Shown here in pieces: positions 1 to 10,684 of a stretch of DNA of 64,000 nt. The notes under the pieces are model-generated. The model was not told where the DNA came from. It worked only from the letters and a program-made list of their open reading frames with translations, and made no database searches. The DNA is from the human T2T-CHM13v2.0 reference genome, Homo sapiens, in NCBI GenBank assembly GCA_009914755.4, contig CP086569.2, positions 7,488,001 to 7,552,000 on the forward strand, read 5' to 3'. The position numbers and the translations under genes are program-made. Position 1 is the stretch's first letter; each line of letters opens with the position of its first letter.

Positions 1-228
1 ACTCTCGATCTCTCTCTCTCTTTCTCTCTTGTCTATCTTACATCCTTCTGTTGTTCAGGTTTCTTGGACAATCTCTGGGAAAGAAAAGGAAGAAAAAAAG
101 AGAAAAAAATTGTTATAAACTCTGTGTAAATGGTGTGTGACTGTGGGAGGACAAGGGGTTGCATTTGTCTTCCAGTTTGTAGCTCTATGGTGAAAGCTAC
201 AGAGTTCAAGTGGGCCCTCACCTGCGGT
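1..228 (+). mobile_element. Partial 5' LTR (R/U5 portion) of the class I provirus; window begins inside it
   Basis: It lies immediately upstream of a TGG-initiated primer-binding-site-like sequence. It shows weak similarity to the 3' LTR R region (..ataaa..ctct..aaatggtgtgtg.. against ..aataaagg..ctc..aaagtgtggtgt..). The LTR boundary is not certain. Confidence 0.4.
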
Positions 229-246
229 TCCGTGGCGACCTCCTAA
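229..246 (+). promoter_or_regulatory. Candidate primer-binding site TGGCGACCTCCTAAGGCT (first 8 nt match a tRNA-Arg-type PBS TGGCGACC; rest diverged)
   Basis: A TGG-initiated 18-mer sits about 1.2 kb upstream of the gag ATG. The match to a known tRNA 3' end is partial only. Confidence 0.35.
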
Positions 247-1433
247 GGCTTAAGGCAGCACCGGGCATAGCTCGATCTGAGCCAGGGGTTTATACCAGCC
301 TGTCGATGCTAAGAGGAGCCCAAGTCCCCTCTGGGGGATCAGCCAGGCGGGCATCTGAATGACAGCATCACGGGAACTCCTTCCCTTGTCTGTCTAATAA
401 AGAAGGTAAAAAAGGGAAAACTGTCATAATTGTTTACATGCCCTAGGGTCAATTGTTTGTTTTATGTTTATTGTTTTTTTCAGTGTCTATTGTCTTGTTT
501 AATAGTTGTCAAGGTGTTATATGTCAGGACATCGATATTGTCCATGAGGTCTGGGTAAAAATTTCTTCAAGGACCTTAGTGCTGCTTTTTTGTCACAAGA
601 GGTTAAATTTCTCATCAATCATTTAGGCTGGCCACCACAGTCTTGTCTTTTCTGTCATAAACAAGTAAGGTGTTGTTATGGAAAAGAGTGTGGAGAACAT
701 TCACCTGATCGGAATTTCTGGCACCATTAAGGTTGCAGGTATTTAGATTGTCATACCCCACGTCCTAGTGATTGGTCCTCTTGTAAACTGAACTGGTGGT
801 GGATTCAAAACAGCCACCTTGCAGACCTTCTTGCTGATCTCTTTTGTTATTTTGTAACTTTTCCTGTGCCCTTGAATAAGACCTTGTGTAGGGAAACCTA
901 CGACCGTCATGCTTTACTTCGTTTAGACTCCTATTCTGTTCCCCTGTGGCTACGCTCTCACCTTAAGGATGATCTGAGTGGTCCTTTTCCCCCTCATCCT
1001 TGCCCCCTACCCCATGCATCTTGTTTTCCAGTGTGACAGCAAGTTCAGCATCTCCAAGACTTGGCTCTGCTCTCACTCCTTGAACCCTTAAGGGAAAAAG
1101 CTGAATTTGAACTGTTTGCTTTTGAATCGTGGAGACATCAAAAATATCTAGGATATAGGTCTAGAGGAAGAGGAAGAGGGAGAATGCCTAGCTCGAACCG
1201 TCCCAGGAGACCTTGGGTTGACCCCTAATCCCCCTCCCTCAATCTAAAAGCTACAGAAATTTGGCAAGTAGTATTAGTTTTTGTGGTTTTTCTGTTGTTC
1301 TTCCTGGTCATGTTAATTCTGTTTTTCCGACACTCCAGCCCCCCAGGGAAAGAATTTCTCTGCCCGTGTTGGATCTGATATCCCTGCTTGAGACTTTGCT
1401 AAATTGCCTTTAAATAATAAAAATAATAATAAA

Positions 1434-2993
1434 ATGGGAAACACTTCCTCCCAGCCCTATAAAGTTTGGAGCCCTCTCCAGGGTATGCTGAAAAAATTTT
1501 CTCTTGGTTTCTCAGAGGACTATGGAGTCCGCCTTAGAAAAGGCAAGCTCCAGACACTCTGTGAACTAGAATGGCCAAAGTTTGGATTTGGATGGCCCTC
1601 TGAAGGGTCATTAAATCCTATCATTGTTCAAGGCATGTGGCGAGTTGTTACCAGAACTCCCAGCCACCCTGATCAGTTTCCATATATAGATCAATGGTTA
1701 AGTTTGGTTAAAAATCCTCCTCCATGGCTCTGTTCATGTGCCTTTCACAACTCCACCTCCAAAATCCTCCTGAGCCAGGACGCATTTTTGCCTCGACCCT
1801 CAGCTGATTCAGCTCCCCCTGTTTTGCCTCCCTATGAAGAAGAGGAGAGTCTCCCTCACCCAGTTCCACCACCTTACAACCAACCTGCCCCTCTAGCATC
1901 TTCCCATGTCTCTTCCACGACATCCCCTGTGGGCTCACCACCCTTTGCCTCTCAGCTGTGACTGCAGCAGGAGGAAGCAGCCCCTCTACTGCCACTGAGA
2001 GAGGCACAAGTCCCTCCAGGGGATGAACACTCAGCCCCCTCCCTGGTTTATGCCCCTTTTCCTACTTCTGACTTGTATAATTAGAAAAATCATAATCCTC
2101 CCTTCTCCGAAAAGCCTCAGGCTTTGACCTCACTGAAGGAGTCCATACTGCAGACCCATTGACCCACCTAGGTTGACTGCCAACAGCTCCTTTTAACTCT
2201 CTTTATCTCTGAGGAGAGGGAGCATATCCAAAGAAAGACCAGAAAGCACTTCCTTGCATCAGCCGGCAGGCCTGAGGAGGAAGCTAGAGACCTCCTGGAG
2301 GAGGTCTTTCCCTCCACCCAGCCTAATTGGGACACACATTCCTCAGGTGGAAGGAGAGCTTTGGACGATTTTCACTGGTATCTCCTTGCAGGTATTAAAA
2401 GAGCCACTTGGAAGCCCATAAACTTGTCTAAGACAACTGAAGCTGTCCAGGGGCCTGATGAGTCACCAGGAGTGTTTTTAGAATGTCTCCAGGAGGCTTA
2501 TTGAATTTATACCCCTTTTGACCCCATGGCTCCCGAGAATAGCTGTGCTCTTAATTTGGCATTTGTGGCTCAGGCAGCCCCAGATATTAGGAGAAAACTC
2601 CAAAAACTGGAAGGATTTGCTAGGATGAACATCAGTCAGCTTTTAGAAATAGCCCAGAAAGTTATTGAAAACCGAGAATTTGAAAAACAAAAACAAGCAA
2701 CACAGGCAACTGAAAAAGCCGCTGATAAGCCATGTAAAAGACAAGCAAAAATCTTGGAAACCGCTATCCAAGAGGGCAAAAAGGAAAGGCTCCTATTCCA
2801 GAAGATTGACCAAGGACCCTCGGGTTCCCACCAGAAAAATAAAAGAGGTGAACAGGCCCCTCTAGGAAAAGACCAATATGCCTATTGCAAGCAGACTGGG
2901 CATTGGAAAAAGGAGATCCCCCTGCTGCCAAAAGAAAAGTCAGAAAACAAAAAGATTCTCACCCTGCCTGCAACAGAGGAGCCTGATAATTGA
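1434..2993 (+). pseudogene. gag: gag (MA-p12-CA-NC), disrupted by in-frame stops; ends at gag-pro readthrough TGA
   Basis: ORF 1404..1961 contains MGNTSSQPYKVWSPLQG...WPKFGFGWPSEGSLN (compare MLV MA WPTFNVGWPRDGTFN) and PPPY. The 1962-2525 stretch reads as capsid with stops (..PFPTSDLYN*KNHNPPFSEK..). ORF 2526..2993 carries the CA C-terminus plus an NC zinc knuckle that has degenerated to YAYCKQTGHWKKE, with the first Cys replaced by Tyr. Confidence 0.85.
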
Positions 2994-3047
2994 TGGGGCC
3001 AGGGCTCCCTCACTCTTGGCCCCCAGGATCCCATAGTAACTGCTACA

Positions 3048-3622
3048 GTGGAGGACCAGCCTGTACGTTTCCTAGTAGACACTGAGGCAGAACACTCAGT
3101 ACTGCAGACTCCCTTGGGCAGTGTCTCAAATAAAAAAAATAACTGTACAAAGGCAACTGGAGCTATTCAAGAGTACCCTGTCACACGCTCCCGAGAAGTA
3201 AACTTGGGACAGAAAAGAGTGACACACTCTTTTCTGGTGGTTCCAGAGTGTCCTTTTCCTTTATCCTTGGACGAGACCTGCTCCATAAGTTACAGGCCTC
3301 AATCTCCTTTTCAGCTCAGCATGCTCATCTCACACTAGGAAATGAAACTTCCCCAACTGCCCAACTCTTGCTAACTACCTATCTGTCAGAAGAATACCTT
3401 CTGGTTTTACCATCACAATCACCGGAGGAAAATACTAATACTCTTTTGTTGGACATACAGACATTTTTTCCCCAAGTTTGGGCCGAGTCAAACCCTCCCA
3501 GACTGGCTAAACACCATCTGCCAGAGGTTGTAGAATTCTTGGCTACTGCCATACTGGTCCAGGTAAAGCAATACCCCATGAGTCAGCAGGCTAGAGAGGT
3601 GATTAATCCCCACATTCAATGA
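3048..3622 (+). pseudogene. pro: Retroviral aspartic protease remnant; active-site DTG changed to DTE; +1 frameshift near 3240
   Basis: LVDTEAEHSVL at 3069-3101 aligns to the MLV protease LVDTGAQHSVL. The catalytic Gly codon reads GAG at 3084-3086. Downstream, GRDLLHKLQA aligns to GRDLLTKLKA. Confidence 0.8.
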
Positions 3623-6560
3623 CTGTTACAAGCTGGCATACTTACACCATGTCAGTCGGCCTGTAACACACCATTTTTGCCGGTCCAGAAACCTGGGACA
3701 AATGATTACCAGCCAGTACAATACGTGAGGGAAGTTAATAAATGGACTGTTATTGTCCATCCAACCATCCCTAATCCTTATACTCTACTCAGCCTGCTCC
3801 CACCAGAACATACAGTATGTACTGTTCTTGACCTGAAAGATGCTTTCTTTGCTTTTCCTCTGGCCCCCAAAAGCCAGCCTATTTTTGCAATTGAATGGAC
3901 AGATCCAAGATCAGGAGACACTACCCAGCTGACTTGGACTGAGTTACCTCACCCTTTTTGGGGAGGCTCTTCGGCAAGATCTTATACCCTTCCGAGCTAG
4001 TCACCCTAACTGTACTCTTCTTCAGTATGTAGATGATATTTTAATAGCTACTGAAACTATGGACAGTTGTCTACAACACACAAGGGACCTGCTCTACCTC
4101 CTTCAGGAGCTCAGGTATGGAGTCTCAGCCAAAAAGGCCCAACTTTGTCTTGCCAGAGTGTCCTACCTGGGGTACGAGATAAACCAAGGAAACAGGGCAC
4201 TCACCAGTGCCCGGAAAGAAGCCATCCTGCGAATCCCCACTCCCACCACCAAGAGAAGGGTACGCGAATTACTGGGAGCCATGGGATACTGTCATCTCTG
4301 GATATTGAGGTTTGCAGAGTTTGCAAAGCCTTTGTATACTGCTACAAGAGGTAATGGCCCACTGATTTGGACAGACACTGAGGAACAGGGTTTTCAAAAT
4401 CTGAAAAAGGCTTTAACTGCAGCCCCTGCTTTAGCCCTCCCAAATATCTCAAAGCCTTTTCATCTGTTTGTCCATGAGAGCCAGGGAGTTGCTAAGGGGT
4501 TGCTTACTCAGACTTTAGGACCTTGGAGACGCCCAGTGGCTTATTTATCTAAGAAGCTGGATCCTGTGGCCTCAGGATGGCCAAGTTGCTTGCAAGACAT
4601 AGTGGCTACAGCAAGCCTAGTCCAAGAAACTGATAAGTTAACTCTAGGCCAGAATTTAACCCTTATGGCTCCTCATGCTGTAGAGATTTTACTACAAAGT
4701 GCTTCAGGTAAATGTATGTCAAATACTCGCATTTTACAATATCAGAGTTTACTGTTGGATCAGCCTCACTTGACTTTCTCTCCCACAAGGTGTTTAAATC
4801 CTGCTACACTACTCTCAGATCCAGATTCTAATATTCCTGTCCATGACTGTCAGGAGCTGTTAGAAACTATCAAAACTGGCAGGCCAGATCTTCAAGATGT
4901 GCCCCTGAAAAAGGCGGACGCCACCGTGTTCATGGACAGCAGAAGTTCCCTCGAGCAGGGGATACAAAAAGCCAGTGCAGCTGTTACCACAGCGAACACC
5001 TCAGCGCAGAAAGCTGAATTAATCACCCTTACTCAGGCTCTCCGATGGGGTAAGAATAAACGTATTAACATTTACACTGACAGCAGGCATGCTGTTGCTA
5101 CTGTGCATGTACCTGGAGCCATCTACCAAGAACGGGGGTTACTCACTTCAGCCGGAAAAATTATCAAGAACAAAGAGGAAATTCTAGCCCTGCTTGAAGC
5201 CATGTGGTTCCCTCAGCAGGTGGCTGTAATCCATTGTAAAGGACATCACAAAGAAAACACGGCCATTGCCTGCGGTAACCAAAAAGCTGATTCAGCACCT
5301 CAGGAAGTGGCACGGTCTTCAGTTTGGCCCATAAACCTGCTGCCAGCAGTTTCTTTTCCACAGCCAGATCTGCCTGACAACCCTGCATACTCAGCAGAAG
5401 AAGAAAAATTGGCTTCACATCTTAGAGCAAATAAAAATCAGAAAGGTTGGTGGATTCTTCCTGACTCTAGAATCTTCATACCCCAAGCTCTTGGAGAAAC
5501 TTTAGTCAGTCATCTACATTATACCACCCATTTAGGTGGGACAAAATTAGCCCACCTCCTCCAGAGCTGTTTTAAGATCCCTCATCTACAAAGCCTAACA
5601 AATCAACCAGTTCTCTGGTGCACAGCCTGTGCCCAGGTAAATGCCAAGCAAGGTCCTAAACCCAGCCCAGGTCACCATCTCCAAGGAAACTCACCAGGAG
5701 AAAAGTGGGAAATTGACTTTACTGAAGTAAATCCACACGGGGCTGAGTACAAATACCTTTTAGTATTAATAGACACCTTCTCTGGATGGACTGAGGCATT
5801 CGCTACCAAGAATGAGACTGCTAACACAGTAGTTAAGTTCTTAGTCAATGAAATCATCCCCCAATATGGGCTGCCTGCTGCCATAGGGTCTGATAATGGA
5901 CCTGCTTTCACCTCATCCATAGCTCAGTGAGTCAGTAAGGCATTGAACATTCAGTGGAAGCTCCATGGTGCCTATCGACCCCAGAGCTCTAGACAGGTAG
6001 AAAGCATGAACCGCACCCTAAAAAACATTCTTACAAAATTAATTCTAGAGACCGGTGAAAATTGGGTAAGTCTCTTCCTTTAGCCCTATTTAGAGTAAGG
6101 TGCACCCTTTATCAGGCTGGGTTCTCATCTTTTGAAATTATGTATGGGCAGGCACCACGTATCCTGCCTGAGCTAAAAGATGCCCATTTAGCAGAAATAT
6201 CACAAGCTAATTTATTGCAGTACATACAGTCTCTCCAACAGGTACAAGAGATCTTCTGCCACTTGTTCAAGAAGCCCATCCCAGTCCAGTTCCTCACCAG
6301 AAGGGCTCTGCCGTTCGTTCCAGCCCAGTGACCTAGTGTTTGTTAAAAAGTTCCAGAGAGAAGGACTAACTCCTGCTTGGAAGGGACCTCACACTGTCAT
6401 CCTCATGACGCCAACAGCTCTGAAGGTGGATGGAATTCCTGCTTGGATTCATCAGTCCCACATCAAAAAGGACAACAAAGCCCAAACAGAAACATGGGTC
6501 CCCAAGCCTGGGTCAGAGCCCTTAAAACTGCACCTGAGTGGGGTGAAACTGTTAGATTAA
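3600..6560 (+). pseudogene. pol: pol (RT - RNase H - integrase) with several frameshifts
   Basis: ORF 3677..4000 has the RT fingers motif [12 protein letters not shown] is at 4026-4037. ORF 4059..5930 continues through RNase H (FMDSRSS, IYTDSRHA) and the integrase HHCC motif and DDE core. ORF 6336..6560 is the integrase C-terminus ([25 protein letters not shown], compare MLV [25 protein letters not shown]). Confidence 0.9.
4059..5930 (+). CDS. pol: Longest intact retroviral frame: 623-aa pol segment (RT palm C-terminal part, thumb/connection, RNase H, integrase N-terminal and core domains)
   Basis: Uninterrupted 623-codon ORF. It lacks an N-terminal RT part and the integrase C-terminus, so it is not a complete pol. 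Confidence 0.8.
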   Translation: MDSCLQHTRDLLYLLQELRYGVSAKKAQLCLARVSYLGYEINQGNRALTSARKEAILRIPTPTTKRRVRELLGAMGYCHLWILRFAEFAKPLYTATRGNGPLIWTDTEEQGFQNLKKALTAAPALALPNISKPFHLFVHESQGVAKGLLTQTLGPWRRPVAYLSKKLDPVASGWPSCLQDIVATASLVQETDKLTLGQNLTLMAPHAVEILLQSASGKCMSNTRILQYQSLLLDQPHLTFSPTRCLNPATLLSDPDSNIPVHDCQELLETIKTGRPDLQDVPLKKADATVFMDSRSSLEQGIQKASAAVTTANTSAQKAELITLTQALRWGKNKRINIYTDSRHAVATVHVPGAIYQERGLLTSAGKIIKNKEEILALLEAMWFPQQVAVIHCKGHHKENTAIACGNQKADSAPQEVARSSVWPINLLPAVSFPQPDLPDNPAYSAEEEKLASHLRANKNQKGWWILPDSRIFIPQALGETLVSHLHYTTHLGGTKLAHLLQSCFKIPHLQSLTNQPVLWCTACAQVNAKQGPKPSPGHHLQGNSPGEKWEIDFTEVNPHGAEYKYLLVLIDTFSGWTEAFATKNETANTVVKFLVNEIIPQYGLPAAIGSDNGPAFTSSIAQ

Positions 6561-8398
6561 TTCTTTTTATTTACTTCTTCTGTTTATCCTTGCCTGTAAT
6601 GTCTTCTGTGCCTTCCTACTCCTTCCTCCTCACCTCTTTCACAACAGGACGTGTTTTCACCAATGCTACTTGGAAGTCTGGTACCTCCAAGGAAGTCATC
6701 TTTGCAAATGACTTATGTATACTGTTCCCACAACTGGCTCATACCCACAAAGAGCATAACAACCTGCCAGTCATGGGAGCAGGAAGTGTCGACCTTGCAG
6801 CAGGATTTTGACACTCTGGGAGCCAAGCCGGATGTGGAAGCTGCAAAGCTGCTGAAAAAGGACTCCAAAATTTGACTTTTACCTCTGTCCTCGAAATCAC
6901 CCTGATGCTAGCTGTCGAGATACTTAACAGTTCTTCTGCCCAGATTGGACATGTGTAACTTTAGCCACCTACTCTGTGGGATCAACTAGATCTCCAACTC
7001 TTTCAATAAGTCGTGCTTCTCATCCCAAATCATGTTCTAAAAATAACTGTAATCCTCTTAACATAATTGTCCATGAACCTAATTCAGCTCAATGATATTA
7101 TGGTATGTCATGGGGATTAAGACTTTACATCCCAGGATTCGATGTTGGAACTATGTTCACCATCCAAAAGAAAATTTTGGTTTCCTGAAGCCCACCTAAG
7201 CCACTCGGGCCTTTCACTGATCTAGGTGACCCTACGTTCCAAAAATGCCCTGACAAAGTTGATTTAATTGTTCCTCCACCATTCTCAGTTCCTAAGACCC
7301 AGCTGCAAAGACAATAACTCCAACCCAGTCGGATGTCTATACTTGGTAGAGTACATAATTTCCTTAACCTCACCCAGACTAAACTAGCCCAGGATTGTTG
7401 ACTATGTTTAAAAGCAAAACCCCCTTATTCTGTAGGATTAGGAGTAGAGGTGACACTTAAAAGTGGTCCTTTATCCTGTCACACATGACCTCGTGCTTTC
7501 ACATTAGGAGATGTGTCTGGAAATGCTTCTTGTCTAATTAGTACTGGGCATGACTTATCTATTTCTCCTTTTCAGGATGTTTGTAATTAGTCTCTGCTTA
7601 CTCCCATGAGGATCTCAGTCTCTTACCAAGCACCTAACAAAACCTGGCTGGCCTGCACCTCAGGTCTCACTCGCCGCATTAATGGAACTGAACCAGGACC
7701 TCTCTTGTGTGTTCTGGTTCATGTTCTTCCCCAGGTATACGTGTACAGTGGATCAGAAGGACAACTCCTCATCGCTTCCCTGGAATTATATCCCAGGCTA
7801 CACCAAGCTGCCCCACTACTGTTTCCTCTATTAGCTGTTCTCAGCATAGCTGGATCAGCAGACATTGGCATGGCTGCCCTGGTTCAGGGAGAAACTGGAC
7901 TAATGTCCTTGTCTCAACAGGTAGATGCTGATTTAAATAACCTTCAGTCTGCCATAGATATACTACATTCTCAGGTAGAGTCTCTAGCTGAAGTAGTGCT
8001 TCAAAACCGCCGAGGTCTAGATCTGCTGTTCCTCTCTCAAGGAGGATTATGTGCAGCTCTAGGAGAAAGCTCTTGTTTTTACACCAATGAATCTGGACTC
8101 ATAAAAGATAAACTCCAAAAAGTTCAAGAAAATCTAGATAGGTGACAACAAGAATGAGAAAATAACACACCCTGGTATCAAAGCTTGTTCAACTGGAACC
8201 CTTGGCTAACTACTTTAATCACTGGGTAAGCTGGACCCATCATCATCATATTATTGAGTTTGATTTTTGGGCCTTGTATATTAAACTGGTTCCTTAATTT
8301 TGTAAAGCAATGCATAGACTCTGTCAAACTTATGTTTCTAAGAACTCAATATAACCCCCTTGCTGTAACTGAAGAATCAACGATTTGATTCCCCTAAA
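6560..8398 (+). pseudogene. env: env remnant; SU heavily decayed; TM recognisable (7606-8398) with a frameshift/stop at 8143
   Basis: ORF 7606..8145 contains the fusion-peptide-like region, the heptad region and LQNRRGLDLLFLSQGGLCAALGESSCFY. After the stop, another frame continues WYQSLFNWNPWLTTLI..FGPCILN..LRTQYNPL, which matches the MLV/HERV-E TM membrane-spanning and tail regions. Confidence 0.75.
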
Positions 8399-8419
8399 AC
8401 ACAAGTGGGGAAATGAAAT

Positions 8420-9045
8420 GCCTAACCTTGTTTTTACTCTAACTCATTACTTTGAATTTTGTCCTGCTTGTCTCTTTAATCACCTATCCTTGCTTCTCAT
8501 GTAAATAAGACTCTCTGTAGCTGAGAAGGTCGGACCAACTCCAATTGACCCCTTAATTTATAAGACACTAAGGGCTCCTTACCCAACCCCCTTTTGTAAG
8601 GAGTTGGCCTGGGTAAACAGATCCTCAGCATTTCAAAAGAGCCCAAGTAACTGACAAGGTACTAACACCAACAATGTATGAAGTTCCCAGGATTTTTCTC
8701 AAAGAGATGACAACATAAAACCTGGAGTTCATGTCTGGCATAGACCCTATATCTAATTATAATGAAAGATTTAGAACCTTGCACCTACTACCATTGCTCT
8801 TCTTGTAACCATTTGTCTTTTAAGTTGTTTATTTCTCTGTAACCAGTTTGCTTCTTTTGATTCTTGCATGTTTTTACTTCTGTAGAATTATTGCATTTGA
8901 GTCCCCCTCCTCTTCCTAAACCTAGGTATAAAAGTTAATCAAGCCCCTTCCTCGGGGCCGAGAGAATTTTGAGCATTAGCCATCTCTTTGGCGCCCAGCT
9001 TAATAAAGGACTCTTAATTCATCTCAAAGTGTGGTGTATTTTTTA
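8420..9045 (+). mobile_element. 3' LTR of the class I provirus (U3-R, U5 apparently truncated)
   Basis: A purine-rich stretch (about 8398-8425) follows env. TATAAAAG is at 8927-8934 and AATAAA at 9003-9008. LTR-like sequence stops abruptly near 9045, and no U5 matching the last ~90 nt of the 5' LTR follows. Confidence 0.55.
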
Positions 9046-9163
9046 ACTTGCTTGGGTACAACAATTAAGAATCTGCTTGAGTAAAGAAATAAGGCCAACC
9101 AGCTCTTGTGAAAGAATCATTAAAAATATACAGAAAAACCTATCATGTATATTATTTTTAAAT

Positions 9164-9180
9164 ATCACCAAATTCACATA
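9164..9180. other. Left target-site duplication candidate of the L1 insertion (atcaccaaattcacata)
   Basis: It matches 13479-13494 (atcacaaaattcatac) at 14 of 16 positions, and it lies immediately outside the L1 ends. Confidence 0.6.
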
Positions 9181-10684
9181 GAGGTCTTTATAGTGTTCTC
9201 TGATGGTAGTTTGTATTTCTGTGGGATCGGTTGTGATATCCCCTTTATCATTTTTTATTGCATCAATTTGATTCTTATCTCTCTTCTTGTTTATTAGTCT
9301 TGCTACCAGTCTATCAATTTTGTTGATCTTTTCAAAAAACAAGCCCGTGGATTCATTGATTTTTTGAAGGGATTTTTGTGTCTCTGTCTCCTTCAGTTCT
9401 GCTCTGATCTTAGTCATTACTTGCCTTCTGCTAGCTTTGGAATGTGTTTGCTCTTCATTCTCTAGTTCTTTTAATTATGATGCTAGGGTGTCAATTTTAG
9501 ATCTTTCCTGTTTTCTCTTGTGGGCATTGAGTGCTATAAATTTCCCTCTACACACTACTTTAAATGTGTCCCAGATATTCTGGTGTATTTTTTCTTTGTT
9601 CTCATTGGTTTCATAGAACATCTTTATTTTGGCCTTCATTTCATTATGTACCCAGCAGTCATTCAGGAGCAGGCTGATCAGTTTCCATATAGTTGAGCAG
9701 TTTTGAGTGAATTTCTTAATCCTGAGTTCTAGTTTTATTTCTCTGTGGTCTGAGAAAGAGTTTGTTATAATTTCTGTTCTTTTACATTGCTGAAGAGTGC
9801 TTTACTTCCAACTATGTGGTCAATTTTGGAATAGGTGTGGTGTGGTGCCGAGAAGAATGTATATTCTGTTCATTTGGGGTGGAGAGTTCTGTAGATGTCT
9901 ATTAGGTCCGTTTGGGGCAGAGCTGAGTTCAATTCCTGGATATCCTTTTTAACTTTATGTCTCGTTGATCTGTCTAACGTTGACAGTGGGGTGTTAAAAT
10001 CTCCCATTATTATTATGTGGGAGTCTAAGTCTCTTAGTAGGTCTCTAGGGACTTGCTTCATGAATCTGGGTGGTCCTGTATTGGGTGCATATATATTTAG
10101 AATAGTTAGCTCTTCTTGTTGAATTGATTCCTTTACCATTATGTAATGACCTTCTTTGTCTCTTTTGATCTTTGTTGGTTTAGAGTCTGTTTTATCAGAG
10201 ACTAGGATTGCAACCCTGCCATTTTTGTTTTCCATTTGTTTGGTAGATATTCCTTCATCTCTTTATTTTGAGCCCATGTGTGTCTCTGCACATGAGATGG
10301 GTCTCCTGAATACAGCACATTGATGGGTCTTGACTCTTTATCCAATTTGCCAGTCTGTGTCTTTTAGTTGGAGCATTTAGCCCATTTACATTTAAGGATA
10401 ATATTGTTATGTGTGAATATGATCCTTTCATTATGACATTAGCTGGTTATTTTGTTCATTAGTTGATGCAGTTTCTTCCCAGCATCAATGGTCTTTACAA
10501 TTTGGCATGTTTTTGCAGTGGCTGGTACCAGTTGTTCCTTTCCATGATTAGTACTTCCTTAAGGAGATCCTGTAGGTAGGCCTGGTGGTAACAAAATCTC
10601 TCAGCATTTGCTTCTCTTTAAAGGATTTTATTTCTCTTTCACTTGCGAAGCTTAGTTTGGCTGGATATGAAATTCTGGTTTGAT
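9172..10684 (-). mobile_element. L1 (L1PA-like) inverted 5' segment of a twin-primed insertion: ORF1 C-terminus, inter-ORF region and ORF2 endonuclease up to about ORF2 aa 333
   Basis: Minus-strand ORFs 10548..10808 (..[32 protein letters not shown].., the ORF1 C-terminus), 9870..10235 (ORF2 endonuclease ..GVAILVSDKTDSKPTKIKRDKEGHYIMVK..DFNTPLSTLDRS..) and 9043..9417 (ORF2 ..[35 protein letters not shown]). Confidence 0.9.

Larger units (their letters stand above)
1..9045 (+). mobile_element. Endogenous retrovirus provirus, class I (gammaretrovirus-like, MLV/HERV-E-type env TM); partial 5' LTR, disrupted gag-pro-pol-env, 3' LTR truncated
   Basis: Colinear gag, pro, pol and env homology on the + strand. 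Gag starts MGNTSS (myristoylation-type N-terminus) and has a PPPY late motif and a CA-NC segment. An in-frame TGA at 2991-2993 separates gag from pro, the gammaretroviral readthrough layout. RT carries LDLKDAFF and YVDD, RNase H and integrase HHCC/DDE are present, and the env TM has the immunosuppressive-domain-like motif LQNRRGLDLLFLSQGGLCAAL. A 3' LTR carries TATAAAAG and AATAAA. Confidence 0.85.

Noticed and set aside
1-9045. Assigning the first provirus to HERV-W because another HERV-W copy is in the window
   Set aside because: Its gag N-terminus (MGNTSSQPY..), env TM (LDLLFLSQGGLCAAL.., tail ..LRTQYNPL) and LTR do not match the LTR17/HERV-W sequences at 54-60.6 kb. It is MLV/HERV-E-like instead, and its exact family is left open.
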